From positions 1 through 62,693 of the forward strand of contig CAZOAP010000001.1 of NCBI GenBank assembly GCA_964577645.1: a DNA stretch of 62,693 nt. The letters are read 5' to 3'. The position numbers and the translations under genes were made by a program. Below are positions 28,061-37,553 of this stretch, piece after piece (the stretch's first letter is position 1; every line of letters begins with the position of its first letter). Under the pieces are notes generated by a model. The model was not told the DNA's origin, searched no databases, and was given only the letters and a program-made list of their open reading frames with translations. Source of the stretch: an uncultured Ignavibacteriales bacterium (GTDB taxonomy: Bacteria > Bacteroidota > Ignavibacteria > Tepidaquicellales > OLB5).

Positions 28061-28828
28061 TTATCTTTCTTTTCTTCTTACCGTATCTTTTGGATTAACC
28101 TTAAGCGAATCTTTCTTATTTCCAGTAGTTTTGGAGCTATCTGTTTTAATATCGCCGGTTTTAATCTGTGTGGTTTTTAGCGAATCTGTTTTTGGTGTAC
28201 CTGTGGTTAATGAATCAGTTTTTTTAACTGAATCAATTTTATTTACCCATTCCTGGAATTCATTTTCAGGTACTACTTTAACTTTGCCAAGCATGTATGA
28301 ATGGTTCATACCGCAGTATTCAGCACACTCAATATCAAACACTCCAACATTTGTTGTGTGGAACCACATGTGATTTGTTCTTCCGGGAATGCAGTCTTCC
28401 TTTGTTCTGAAAGCAGGAACATAAAAGCTGTGGTTAACATCTGCTGACTGAAGCTCAAACCTAATATCCTTGCCCTGCGGAAGTACCAGCAGTGTATCGC
28501 TTGTCTTTTTATTTTCGTATTCAAAATGCCAGAACCACATTTTGCCTGTAACCTTTACAAGCATAGCATTTGGCGGAATATTTCTCATTTCCTTAAAGCC
28601 CTCATAGCCATAGAAGAACATTGCAAGCACAAGCAGTAAAGGTATTACAGTCCATAATATTTCAAGTGTGGTGCTTCCGGTAATTGACTGGTCAGGCTTG
28701 GGGTTGTTCTTTTCACTGTACCTGAACACAAAATATATCATTACGGCGGTCACGCCAACTAAAAGGAGAACCGATATTGCTACTATGAATATAAACGAAT
28801 TATCTACTATTTCTACTATTGGATTCAT
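28061..28828 (-). CDS. coxB: Cytochrome c oxidase subunit II (CuA type, no heme c domain) with K/T/D-rich repeat tail
   Basis: Two N-terminal TM helices. The CuA site is H.F.VP......D..PG......CAEYCGMNHSYM. The last ~55 aa are low complexity (KTDSL repeats). Confidence 0.92.
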   Translation of the reverse strand: MNPIVEIVDNSFIFIVAISVLLLVGVTAVMIYFVFRYSEKNNPKPDQSITGSTTLEILWTVIPLLLVLAMFFYGYEGFKEMRNIPPNAMLVKVTGKMWFWHFEYENKKTSDTLLVLPQGKDIRFELQSADVNHSFYVPAFRTKEDCIPGRTNHMWFHTTNVGVFDIECAEYCGMNHSYMLGKVKVVPENEFQEWVNKIDSVKKTDSLTTGTPKTDSLKTTQIKTGDIKTDSSKTTGNKKDSLKVNPKDTVRRKER

Positions 28829-28846
28829 TTTTTATTAACTGATGTA

Positions 28847-29200
28847 TTACCTGAATGATAGATCACTGAATGTCAAGATCCAGAATGTTAAAAATATTAC
28901 AAGACAGACAAGTATGAATACTTTAATTATTACGTTATCATATTTTATATGCATAAAGTGGTAGCCAACCAAAGTGGTTTTTACTGCAGCAATAAGCATT
29001 GCAGCAATAAGCGTTAAGCTTCCAAGATGAATACCTGCAATAGTTACGGTTATGGCTGTTAATGCAACAAGTCCAAGCCATACAATAAAATATGTACCAT
29101 AACTGACCATGTGCCCGTGACCTGCGGCATGTTCATCACCGTGCGCGGCAGCATGTGCCTGTTCTGATGTCAATTCTGCTGTTTGTGTCTGTTCACTCAT
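28847..29200 (-). CDS. Cytochrome c oxidase subunit IV (prokaryotic small subunit family)
   Basis: 117 aa with three TM helices, including HFMHIKYDN, which resembles the family motif. Positioned between coxIII and coxII. Confidence 0.7.
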   Translation of the reverse strand: MSEQTQTAELTSEQAHAAAHGDEHAAGHGHMVSYGTYFIVWLGLVALTAITVTIAGIHLGSLTLIAAMLIAAVKTTLVGYHFMHIKYDNVIIKVFILVCLVIFLTFWILTFSDLSFR

Positions 29201-29247
29201 TATTTAATGATCTTATATTTAAACTCTTATATACTTTTTTGTTTGTA

Positions 29248-29889
29248 TTAATGCAGCAAATAGAAAAGGGGGAATAAAAATATCCAGATAACATCAACCA
29301 AATGCCAGTATAAACCTGCATTTTCAAGCTTCTGGAAGTTAGTGCTTGTTATCTTATCCCTTGCAATAAATACCATGATAAAACTTATGAATATCAATCC
29401 AACAATTACATGCAGTCCGTGCAGTCCTGTCATAACGTAATACAGCCCAAAGTAAAGTACTTCGCCGTTTGACATATTCTCTAAGCCGGGTCCCCCGGGA
29501 TAAACACCATTGTGGATCTCGTGGCTCCACTCAAAATATTTATTCACTAAAAAGCCAATGCCGCATAATATAGTGAACCAAAGCATTGCAAGAGCAAGCT
29601 TTTTCTGGTTACGCTGCATTGCAGCTATAGAAAGCGCTACTGAAAGAGAGCTTGTTAAAAGTATTATTGTGTTAACTGCGCCAATGAATGAATTCATCTC
29701 AGCGGCAGCTACTTTAAAGCCATCGGCATACTCAAACCTGTAAGCTCCGTATAAAAGGAAAAGACCGCCGAATAAAAGCAATTCGGTGAAGAGGAATAGC
29801 CACATAGCCATTTTTGAACCTTCATCATCACGGTGAACATGGGCCGCGTGTGTTTCGCCCTGGTTCAGCACCTCGCTATGCTCTGTCAT
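29248..29889 (-). CDS. ctaE: Cytochrome c oxidase subunit III
   Basis: A five-to-seven-helix protein with [11 protein letters not shown] and [18 protein letters not shown], the conserved subunit III C-terminus. Confidence 0.9.
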   Translation of the reverse strand: MTEHSEVLNQGETHAAHVHRDDEGSKMAMWLFLFTELLLFGGLFLLYGAYRFEYADGFKVAAAEMNSFIGAVNTIILLTSSLSVALSIAAMQRNQKKLALAMLWFTILCGIGFLVNKYFEWSHEIHNGVYPGGPGLENMSNGEVLYFGLYYVMTGLHGLHVIVGLIFISFIMVFIARDKITSTNFQKLENAGLYWHLVDVIWIFLFPLFYLLH

Positions 29890-31577
29890 AAAGCTGCCTC
29901 CTGGTTTACTGTTTTCACTGCTCCGTTTGCATTTATACCTTCTTTGCTGGGATGCATAATATATGTTGGTTTATCGTGTACATACGGTCCGCCTGTTACT
30001 ATAGGTATTTCGTCAAAATTTTCAAGCGGAGGAGGCGAAGGAACCTTCCACTCAAGTGTTGTTCCGCCCCATGGATTCATAGAAGCTTTGGGTCCTTTTA
30101 AAAGCGCATAAAGTAAATTACCGTACATAAACACAATTCCGCTGACAAGTATCCATGAACCTACTGTTGAAAGTATATGCCACCCCTGGAACTGCGGAAG
30201 GTAATCGTAATACCTTCTCGGCATTCCCATATAACCCATAATAAAGAACGGGAAGTAAAGCATGTTAAAGCCTATTATAATTACTGTACATGCAATTACT
30301 GCCAGCTTTTCATTATACATCTTGCCGAATACTTTTGGGAACCAGTAATGCATTGTTGCAAAGAACATGATACCCATTCCGCCGAACATCACATAATGGA
30401 AATGCGCTACAACAAAGTATGTATCGGTTACGTGAATATCCGTGGCAAGCGCACCGAGCACAAGACCCGTTAAGCCGCCGATAGAAAATATGAAAATGAA
30501 TCCAAGCACGTAATATAACGGCGCTGAAAATTTAATAGAACCTTTGTATAATGTTGCCACCCAGTTAAAGATCTTTACACCTGTAGGTATAGCAACAAGG
30601 AATGTTAAAAGTGAAAAAACTATTCTTGAAGTATCGCTCATACCGCTTACGAACATATGGTGACCCCAAACAAGGTAACCTATGAGTGCAATACCGAGCG
30701 AGGAAATTGCTATCTGTTTATAACCGAAAATATCTTTCCTTGCAAATGTGGGCAGGATCTCTGATACAACACCCATCGCCGGAAGGATCATAATATATAC
30801 TGCAGGATGCGAATATATCCAGAAAAGATGCTGGTATAATATCGGGTCGCCGCCTAATGCAGGATCAAAAACACCGATACCCATGAATCTTTCAAGCATT
30901 ATAAGCGCAAGCGTAATACCAATTACCGGTGTTGCAAGTACCTGGATCCAGCTTGTAGCATACAAGCCCCAGACAAAGAGCGGCATACGGAACCAAGTCA
31001 TTCCGGGTGCTCTTAAACGGTGAATTGTTACAACAAAATTTAAACCTGTTACAATTGATGAGAACCCGAGCACAAACGCAGCCATAGTTGTCATGGTTAC
31101 ATTCTGTGCTGAACGGATACTGTATGGTACGTAGAACGTCCAGCCTGTATCAGCAGCTCCGCCGCCTACAAATAGAGATACTATTGCAAGAATAGCACCT
31201 GCCATGTAAAGATACCATGAAAACAGGTTCAGCCTCGGGAATGCAACATCCTTTGCACCTATCTGTATAGGCAGCATAAAGTTACCGAAAACAGCAGGAA
31301 TTGCGGGAATAATAAAGAGGAACACCATGATAACTCCGTGAAGCGTAAAAACGGAATTATATGTTGATGGCTTCATTATTGTTTCGCCCGGTGTTAACAT
31401 TTCAAGTCTCATTAAAACACCAAGTGTCATAGCAACAAAAAAGAATACCATGATCCCCATCAGGTACATCAGACCGATACGCTTGTGATCTACCGAAAGG
31501 AGCCAGCCCATGATACCTTTGTGCTTGCCTTCGTATTCTAAATAACTTACTTCATTTGCTAATGATCCATTAGCCAT
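29886..31577 (-). CDS. ctaD: Cytochrome c oxidase subunit I (heme-copper oxidase, A-type)
   Basis: DHKRIG near the N-terminus. Also [27 protein letters not shown] and HFHYVMFGG. It overlaps the SCO gene by 8 nt and coxIII by 4 nt. Confidence 0.97.
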   Translation of the reverse strand: MANGSLANEVSYLEYEGKHKGIMGWLLSVDHKRIGLMYLMGIMVFFFVAMTLGVLMRLEMLTPGETIMKPSTYNSVFTLHGVIMVFLFIIPAIPAVFGNFMLPIQIGAKDVAFPRLNLFSWYLYMAGAILAIVSLFVGGGAADTGWTFYVPYSIRSAQNVTMTTMAAFVLGFSSIVTGLNFVVTIHRLRAPGMTWFRMPLFVWGLYATSWIQVLATPVIGITLALIMLERFMGIGVFDPALGGDPILYQHLFWIYSHPAVYIMILPAMGVVSEILPTFARKDIFGYKQIAISSLGIALIGYLVWGHHMFVSGMSDTSRIVFSLLTFLVAIPTGVKIFNWVATLYKGSIKFSAPLYYVLGFIFIFSIGGLTGLVLGALATDIHVTDTYFVVAHFHYVMFGGMGIMFFATMHYWFPKVFGKMYNEKLAVIACTVIIIGFNMLYFPFFIMGYMGMPRRYYDYLPQFQGWHILSTVGSWILVSGIVFMYGNLLYALLKGPKASMNPWGGTTLEWKVPSPPPLENFDEIPIVTGGPYVHDKPTYIMHPSKEGINANGAVKTVNQEAAL

Positions 31578-32466
31578 TGTTTATACTTCCTTTCCCGTTT
31601 AGAGTATTTACGGGTATATTATGATTTTTTTTCTTCTTCAGTGTTAATATCAAAACAAATCCGGCAATTAAAATAAGCATTCCGCCGCCGACTATCCTTG
31701 TAAAGTTCAGAACATAAGTTCTGCCTGCGGGGTCATAGCTGTAACAGATCTTCAGCAGCTTGTTTATAGCCGGTGTTGATCTTCCTTCTGATGCTTCGTT
31801 TAAAGCAAGCTTAATATCCATCGGCAGAAATTCCGTGCCGTATAAATATCTTGCTATCTTGCCTGTTGGTGAAAGAACGGTTAAAACTGCACCATGCATG
31901 TAATCTTCGCCCTGTGACTGGTAGCGGAAGCCTACTGCATCGGTTATCTTTGCTATTGTTAAGCTGTCACCTGTTAAAAATCTCCAGCTTTCTTCAGGAA
32001 TTTTTTTCTGCATGTTATCAAGGTAGTTTCTCTTTTTACCTGATGCCATTATATAATCTTCCCTGGGATTAAAGCTTATGGTCACAATATTAAAATCCTT
32101 GCCCGCTTCCATATCCAGCTTATCAACTGCAGATGAAACACCGTTCATTAACGGGCTGCAGATACCCGGACACCTGTAATAAACCAGCGTTAATAATGTG
32201 GGTTTTGTTATCAGGCTTCTTAGTGTCACAGGCTTTCCTGTTTCATCTAAAAATGAAAGATCAAGCGGTATCGTTTCTCCAAGCTTCTCATCAATTCCAA
32301 CCTGCAGCGTTGAAGTATCAACAGCTTTTGTTACTGAGCATACGCTCAGCATAATAAATAATAGAAGGGCTCCTATTTTTATGTACTTAAACAAATTATT
32401 ATTACTTCCTTTAATTTGAATCAAAACTCTTTTGTGAAGAATTACAAAAACTAACCAATAACTCAA
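31570..32466 (-). CDS. SCO1/SenC family copper chaperone; start uncertain
   Basis: Thioredoxin-fold motif CPGICSP (CxxxC) with a downstream His, plus a C-terminal TM helix. An alternative TTG start at 32394 with an AGGAAG-like sequence upstream would give a cleaner signal anchor. Confidence 0.8.
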   Translation of the reverse strand: MSYWLVFVILHKRVLIQIKGSNNNLFKYIKIGALLLFIMLSVCSVTKAVDTSTLQVGIDEKLGETIPLDLSFLDETGKPVTLRSLITKPTLLTLVYYRCPGICSPLMNGVSSAVDKLDMEAGKDFNIVTISFNPREDYIMASGKKRNYLDNMQKKIPEESWRFLTGDSLTIAKITDAVGFRYQSQGEDYMHGAVLTVLSPTGKIARYLYGTEFLPMDIKLALNEASEGRSTPAINKLLKICYSYDPAGRTYVLNFTRIVGGGMLILIAGFVLILTLKKKKNHNIPVNTLNGKGSINNG

Positions 32467-32490
32467 TGCACTCTAAACACTAAATACACT

Positions 32491-33408
32491 CTATACACCC
32501 GTAAAAAGCTTCTTCAAAAATGCGTGGAGCTGGGTTAACTGCTGAGCATTAAGCATATATGATGCCCGTGCTTTAAAACCGTTCTGTACCGGGTTATTAT
32601 CAAAAATTTTAACCAGCGAGGCTTCATTATTCTGCCATAATGAATCCTGTGCAAGCACTGTTAATGCCTTGGAAATATTTGAAGTAATGCCTCTGAATAC
32701 TATTGCAGCAGTATCTGTTTTATTTTCATTTATTGATTTAACCATTGCATCAACCTTCTGGTCAATCGTCATATTTTCTTTTAAGAGCAGTTCCATTGCA
32801 AGCTTAACCGGTATCTGGTTAGGCTGTTTAACGCCTTTTGTAAGGCTGTATTTCTGGTCAATTGAATCAAGCTGCACCTGTGTTACGGGCGGGAAGTCAG
32901 GACTGAAAGTTCTGATATACATTATGAGATTCAGCCTGTCTTCAGGGGGTAAGTTTGAATATGATGCCATTCCCCTGTTCGTAATACCTTCCTGCAGTGT
33001 CTTGAACATCATTGTTATGGCAGGGCCGTTTGTCCAGCCTGTCATCTCATGAAAATTTCTTGGCTTGGGGTTCAGGTTTGCACCTGCAACTCCGTCACCT
33101 TTACCCTGCTCACCATGACAGCTTACGCAGTTCATAGTAAAGAGCGCTTTTCCTTTATCAACCATCTCAGGTGTTGAAGTAAGATACTTCATCACTTCTA
33201 CCGGTGGAGAGAGTGTTCCTTTTATCATCGGCAGGTCCGCAGTTTTTCCTGTTGAGTCTTTTGTGGAATCTTTTACAACAACAGGCAATCCGCCGATCCT
33301 TTCCTTGGTGACATTTGGAAGATCGTTAATATACATCGTTCCCATAACAATAATTCCTATTATGAAAATAATGTAGACTGCGCCGTAAAATTTAAAATAA
33401 TCTTTCAT
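32491..33408 (-). CDS. Membrane-anchored monoheme cytochrome c with a ~130-aa C-terminal extension
   Basis: N-terminal TM anchor and one CxxCH (CVSCHGEQGKGDG). The MASYSNL context could supply the distal Met. It lies between actF and the SCO/cox genes. Confidence 0.8.
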   Translation of the reverse strand: MKDYFKFYGAVYIIFIIGIIVMGTMYINDLPNVTKERIGGLPVVVKDSTKDSTGKTADLPMIKGTLSPPVEVMKYLTSTPEMVDKGKALFTMNCVSCHGEQGKGDGVAGANLNPKPRNFHEMTGWTNGPAITMMFKTLQEGITNRGMASYSNLPPEDRLNLIMYIRTFSPDFPPVTQVQLDSIDQKYSLTKGVKQPNQIPVKLAMELLLKENMTIDQKVDAMVKSINENKTDTAAIVFRGITSNISKALTVLAQDSLWQNNEASLVKIFDNNPVQNGFKARASYMLNAQQLTQLHAFLKKLFTGV

Positions 33409-33495
33409 TATAATATACTATATATACTTCTAAACTTTCTTTAACTTTTCTGTCGTGCTTTCCGATTTAGAGAAGCGCTGAATCCTCTTCATGTC

Positions 33496-33516
33496 ATGCT
33501 GAACTCGTTTCAGCAT
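33496..33516. repeat. Palindromic hairpin ATGCTGAA-ctcgt-TTCAGCAT
   Basis: 8-bp stem and 5-nt loop read directly, in the actF-to-cytochrome c spacer. Confidence 0.7.
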
Positions 33517-33529
33517 CTGTTACTTTTAG

Positions 33530-33550
33530 ACCCTGAAACAAGTTCAGGGT
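33530..33550. repeat. Palindromic hairpin ACCCTGAA-acaag-TTCAGGGT
   Basis: 8-bp stem and 5-nt loop, 13 nt from the previous hairpin. It shares the CTGAA-N5-TTCAG core. Confidence 0.7.
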
Positions 33551-33563
33551 GAGAGGAGCTTTT

Positions 33564-34733
33564 TTATAAATGAAAATCGAGTCCTGCCTGCATTTTAGGA
33601 TCTTTTACTGCCATCAGGTTCTTCTTGTTTGCACTCATCTTAAATACTACCATGCTTAAGCCTATTACTATCAGCGGGAAGCTTAATTCCTGCCAGCCGA
33701 ATGATGCATTGCCAACAAACAATGTCGGGAAGATCAGCCAGTAGAGATCAAGCGCATGAGCAGCAAGCATCCATGGTGCCATAACTTTCAGCAGCTGCAG
33801 ATTTGTCTTTGCGTTTCTGCCAACCAGAATCAAAAACGGAATAATAAAATGGAAGAACAATAAACTAAGTGATACGAACTTCCATGAACCGTCCCAGCGG
33901 TGAATCATCCAGAATGTTTCTTCCGGCAAATCAGCGTACCATATTAATATGAACTGTGAAAATGCTATGTATGCCCAGAATATATTGAAAGCGAACATTA
34001 ATGTTCCGAGAGAATAAAAACTATCATTACCTAAAGCTGAATCAAGATAACCGCCTTCTTTCAGCTTTACACTTGCAAATGTTGTCGCAGCAAGCGCTGC
34101 TATAACTGTGCCTGCAAAATAATAAACTCCGAAAATTGTGCTGAACCAGTGCGGCTCTAAGCTCATAGCCCAGTCAATTGCTGATATTGTTATTGTAACA
34201 ATGAAAAGCGGTGCAAATATTGTTGAAAGTGTAATGTTCCTTTTTGTATATTTTATATCTCCGTCCTCATCCTGTTTCTGTGAGTTCCTGGTGATAAGGA
34301 AGAAGAACATTATCCATATCAAAAGGCAGAATAATGTCCGTGCTGTAAAGAACTCAACATTTAAGTAAGGTGATTTAGCTGTAAGTACAGCATCATGCTC
34401 AACAACTTCAGCATGTGACCAGTGGAACAGATCATGTATACCGAAAAATAAAGGAATAGCCAGTATTACCAGTACAGGTATCATAGAAGCAAATATTTCC
34501 GATATTCTCCTGAAAGGTGTGCTCCATGTTGCTCCGACAAGATACTCCAGGGCAACAAGCGCAAGTGAGCCGACAGCAATTGATACCATGAAAAGATATA
34601 CCCACAGGTAATCAAAAAATGCGCGCTGCGGCGTAAAGATAAACGCCATTATCAATATCAATACTCCCATAACAAGCATAATGCCGCCTGTTTTGGTAAG
34701 TGAATCCGGTAATTGTTTTTTAATATAATCCAT
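33564..34733 (-). CDS. actF: Alternative complex III subunit ActF (NrfD-like membrane subunit 2)
   Basis: Polytopic membrane protein (~10 TM) in the position of actF, directly after actD/E. No cofactor motifs. Confidence 0.8.
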   Translation of the reverse strand: MDYIKKQLPDSLTKTGGIMLVMGVLILIMAFIFTPQRAFFDYLWVYLFMVSIAVGSLALVALEYLVGATWSTPFRRISEIFASMIPVLVILAIPLFFGIHDLFHWSHAEVVEHDAVLTAKSPYLNVEFFTARTLFCLLIWIMFFFLITRNSQKQDEDGDIKYTKRNITLSTIFAPLFIVTITISAIDWAMSLEPHWFSTIFGVYYFAGTVIAALAATTFASVKLKEGGYLDSALGNDSFYSLGTLMFAFNIFWAYIAFSQFILIWYADLPEETFWMIHRWDGSWKFVSLSLLFFHFIIPFLILVGRNAKTNLQLLKVMAPWMLAAHALDLYWLIFPTLFVGNASFGWQELSFPLIVIGLSMVVFKMSANKKNLMAVKDPKMQAGLDFHL

Positions 34734-34777
34734 TTATAAAACTATATGTAAAATTCTTATTATCTTATAATTTATTC

Positions 34778-35977
34778 TTATTTGCCAACCAGATCGCTGT
34801 CCAAAGCATTCTGTGATCTCTGCAATACTCTTAAATAATGAATGATCGCCCAGCGGTCATCCCTTGATATTGAGCTGGCATAACTAGGCATTGTATTCTG
34901 GCCGTTTGTAATAACATGATAAATATTTGCATCTTTCCAGTTTGTAACTTTTTGTGAATGAAGTGATGGCGGCGCAGGAAACTGTCCCCTTAACCTGCTA
35001 TCACCTTTGCCGTAATAACCGTGGCATGGTGAACAGTATGTATCAAATCTCTTTTTGCCAAGATCCAGAACTTTCTGAGTTACAGGAAGCGGGTTTGGTG
35101 TTACTACAACCAAACTATCCGGCATGCCTTTAAATTCATACGGCATAAAGCCTCTTGCCACTGTACCTTCAACCGGTCTGCGCATAGAAAAACCATCTTT
35201 AAAGAACTTACTGTCAGTTTGGGGGTCGACCCTTGGCTGGTAATGCATCCAGCTGTACGGTGGCATGAACAATAGTACATTCAGTACAAAATATGTTACT
35301 GCAACCGTTACAAGGCTTGTGCCAACAAGTGCACCTATGAACTTTATGTTGAGCAGCGGGTTCTTTGTATCACCAAGATCATAAACAGCTTCATGGATAT
35401 TGCTTACTGATGAAGAGCCAAGCTCTTCAAACATAGCCCTTACTTCTTCAAGCTTGAATTTTGCATCTGATGCTTCAATATATATACCGAACTTATCCGA
35501 TGTAACTCTCTTAACGAATTCCGTATCCATTAAAGGATTTGCGTTATTCGGAAGCTTCATGAAAATTGCGATCAATGAACCAACAAGCGTGAGCGCAGAA
35601 ATAAGTACAGTAAGCTCAAACATGATTGGTATTGATGCCGGCAAATTAAAGAACGGCTTTCCGCCGAATATATTTGGGTAATTTACCCCTACCATCCACC
35701 ATATCATAAGGAAGGCAAGCGAAGTTCCGCTAATACCTGCAAGCAATGCCACCCAGCCTATTTTTGACTGCTTAAGTGCCATTGCATCATCCATTCCGTG
35801 AACCGGGTATGGAGTGAGTACATCAAACTTTTTATAACCCGAAGATGATACTTTTTCAGCAGCATGTATTATCTGGTCAGGTGTATCAAAAAGAGCGGAT
35901 ACAGCAAACAGGTCACCTGTGCGCGGTTCACTCTTTAAAAATCTGTCATCAAACTTCTTTAATATTTTACCTATCAT
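34778..35977 (-). CDS. actD: Alternative complex III ActD-ActE fusion (DUF3341 membrane domain plus monoheme cytochrome c)
   Basis: The N-terminal half (LFAVSALFDTPDQIIHAAEKV...GYKKFDVLTPYPVHGMDDA plus two TM helices) matches ActD. The C-terminal half has CSPCHGYYGKGD...NGQNTMPSY...DRWAIIHYLRVLQ, which matches ActE. Confidence 0.8.
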   Translation of the reverse strand: MIGKILKKFDDRFLKSEPRTGDLFAVSALFDTPDQIIHAAEKVSSSGYKKFDVLTPYPVHGMDDAMALKQSKIGWVALLAGISGTSLAFLMIWWMVGVNYPNIFGGKPFFNLPASIPIMFELTVLISALTLVGSLIAIFMKLPNNANPLMDTEFVKRVTSDKFGIYIEASDAKFKLEEVRAMFEELGSSSVSNIHEAVYDLGDTKNPLLNIKFIGALVGTSLVTVAVTYFVLNVLLFMPPYSWMHYQPRVDPQTDSKFFKDGFSMRRPVEGTVARGFMPYEFKGMPDSLVVVTPNPLPVTQKVLDLGKKRFDTYCSPCHGYYGKGDSRLRGQFPAPPSLHSQKVTNWKDANIYHVITNGQNTMPSYASSISRDDRWAIIHYLRVLQRSQNALDSDLVGK

Positions 35978-36028
35978 GCTTATTTAATTGGTAACTTCTT
36001 TTATTCTTCCTGAACTCTGATTCTCTTT

Positions 36029-36060
36029 ACTTTAAAACTTTATAACTTTAAAATCTTCAA
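36029..36060. repeat. Octamer tandem repeat ACTTTAAA ACTTTATA ACTTTAAA ATCTTCAA
   Basis: Read directly. It ends 2 nt before the actC stop codon, in the actC-actD/E spacer. Confidence 0.65.
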
Positions 36061-36062
36061 AC

Positions 36063-37439
36063 TTATTCATGCTTATGCTTATGTGTCGGCTGTGCGCCTT
36101 CTGTTACTGCCTTAATTTCACTCATTGCCACAACAGGCATCGTCTTTGCAAACAGCAGTACAAGCGTAAAGAACATTCCAAAGCTTCCCAGCAGGATACC
36201 GAAATCATACATTGTCGGGAAGTACATGCCCCAGCTTGAAGGAAGGTAATCACGGGTTAATGATGTCACAATAATTACATATCTTTCAAACCACATACCA
36301 ACATTCACCAAAAGAACCAGGACAAATGTTATAGGAATATTACGTCTTATCTTTTTGAACCAGAATAGCTGCGGGAAAAATACGTTGCAGCTGAACATTA
36401 TCCAGTATGCCCATGAGTACGGTCCAAAAGCCCTGTTAATGAATGTAAACTGTTCTATCGGGTTTCCGCTGTACCAGGCAATGAAAAACTCCATTGCATA
36501 CGCATAACCAACCATTGTACCAGTTGCAAGAAGTATCTTGTTCATCTTCTCAAGCGTATTCACGGTTATGATATGCTCCATATCAAAAACCTTGCGTACT
36601 ATAATAAGTACTGTTGATACCATACCGAACCCTGAGAAAATAGCACCTGCCACAAAGTATGGCGGGAATATTGTTGTATGCCATCCGGGTATTACCGATA
36701 CGGCAAAGTCAAAGCTCACAATTGTATGCACTGAAAGTACCAGCGGTGTTGAAAGTCCGGCAAGTATTAAATACACTCTTTCGTAATGCTGCCAGTGGCG
36801 GTTAGAGCCTCTCCACCCCAAGCTGAGTGCTGTATAAATCGCTTTCTTGATACCGCTTGTTGTCCTGTCACGCAGCGTTGCGAAGTCAGGTATTAAGCCG
36901 ATGAACCAGAACACAAATGATACTGTGAAATATGTCGATACTGCAAAAACATCCCATAACAGCGGTGATGTGAAGTTAACCCAAAGACTGTGCTGGTTTG
37001 GATAAGGGAATAAATAACCATCTAACCACGGGCGACCCGTATGTATAGCAGGAAAAATACCTGCAGTCATAACCGCGAAGATCGTCATACCTTCGGCAAA
37101 ACGCGCAATACCCGTTCTCCATTTCTGGCGGAAAAGGAATAAGATTGCTGATATAAGTGTACCTGCATGACCGATACCGATCCAGAACACGAAGTTTATA
37201 ATATCAAATGCCCATCCAACCGGCTGGTTATTGCCCCATAAGCCAATACCATACCAGAATGTTAAACCAAGGCAAACAGCCCCGGTAAGCAGTGCTGTTG
37301 AGCTTATTCCAATGGCTATGAACCATTTAATATTCGGCTTGGTCTCAGTTGGCCTGGCAATTACATCATCAATTTCCTTGAACGAAGTTTTTCCCTCAAC
37401 TAATGGAAGCTCGCGTGTATAAGTTGCGTCAAGACTCAT
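36063..37439 (-). CDS. actC: Alternative complex III subunit ActC (NrfD/PsrC-like quinol-interacting membrane subunit)
   Basis: About 10 TM helices with an NrfD-family pattern ([26 protein letters not shown]). It follows actB. Confidence 0.88.
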   Translation of the reverse strand: MSLDATYTRELPLVEGKTSFKEIDDVIARPTETKPNIKWFIAIGISSTALLTGAVCLGLTFWYGIGLWGNNQPVGWAFDIINFVFWIGIGHAGTLISAILFLFRQKWRTGIARFAEGMTIFAVMTAGIFPAIHTGRPWLDGYLFPYPNQHSLWVNFTSPLLWDVFAVSTYFTVSFVFWFIGLIPDFATLRDRTTSGIKKAIYTALSLGWRGSNRHWQHYERVYLILAGLSTPLVLSVHTIVSFDFAVSVIPGWHTTIFPPYFVAGAIFSGFGMVSTVLIIVRKVFDMEHIITVNTLEKMNKILLATGTMVGYAYAMEFFIAWYSGNPIEQFTFINRAFGPYSWAYWIMFSCNVFFPQLFWFKKIRRNIPITFVLVLLVNVGMWFERYVIIVTSLTRDYLPSSWGMYFPTMYDFGILLGSFGMFFTLVLLFAKTMPVVAMSEIKAVTEGAQPTHKHKHE

Positions 37440-37493
37440 TATATTAACTTATTTCTATAATTATAAAATCGAATTTCTTTTTCTTTTTCTCCT

Positions 37494-37524
37494 TTGCGAG
37501 GAGCGTTAGCGACGAAGCAATCTC
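37494..37524. repeat. GC-rich 31-nt repeat word TTGCGAGGAGCGTTAGCGACGAAGCAATCTC (copy 1)
   Basis: Near-identical to 41057-41086. It lies in the actB-actC spacer. Confidence 0.7.
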
Positions 37525-37553
37525 TTTGTTAAATCTTTATGCTGCTTTTTTAC

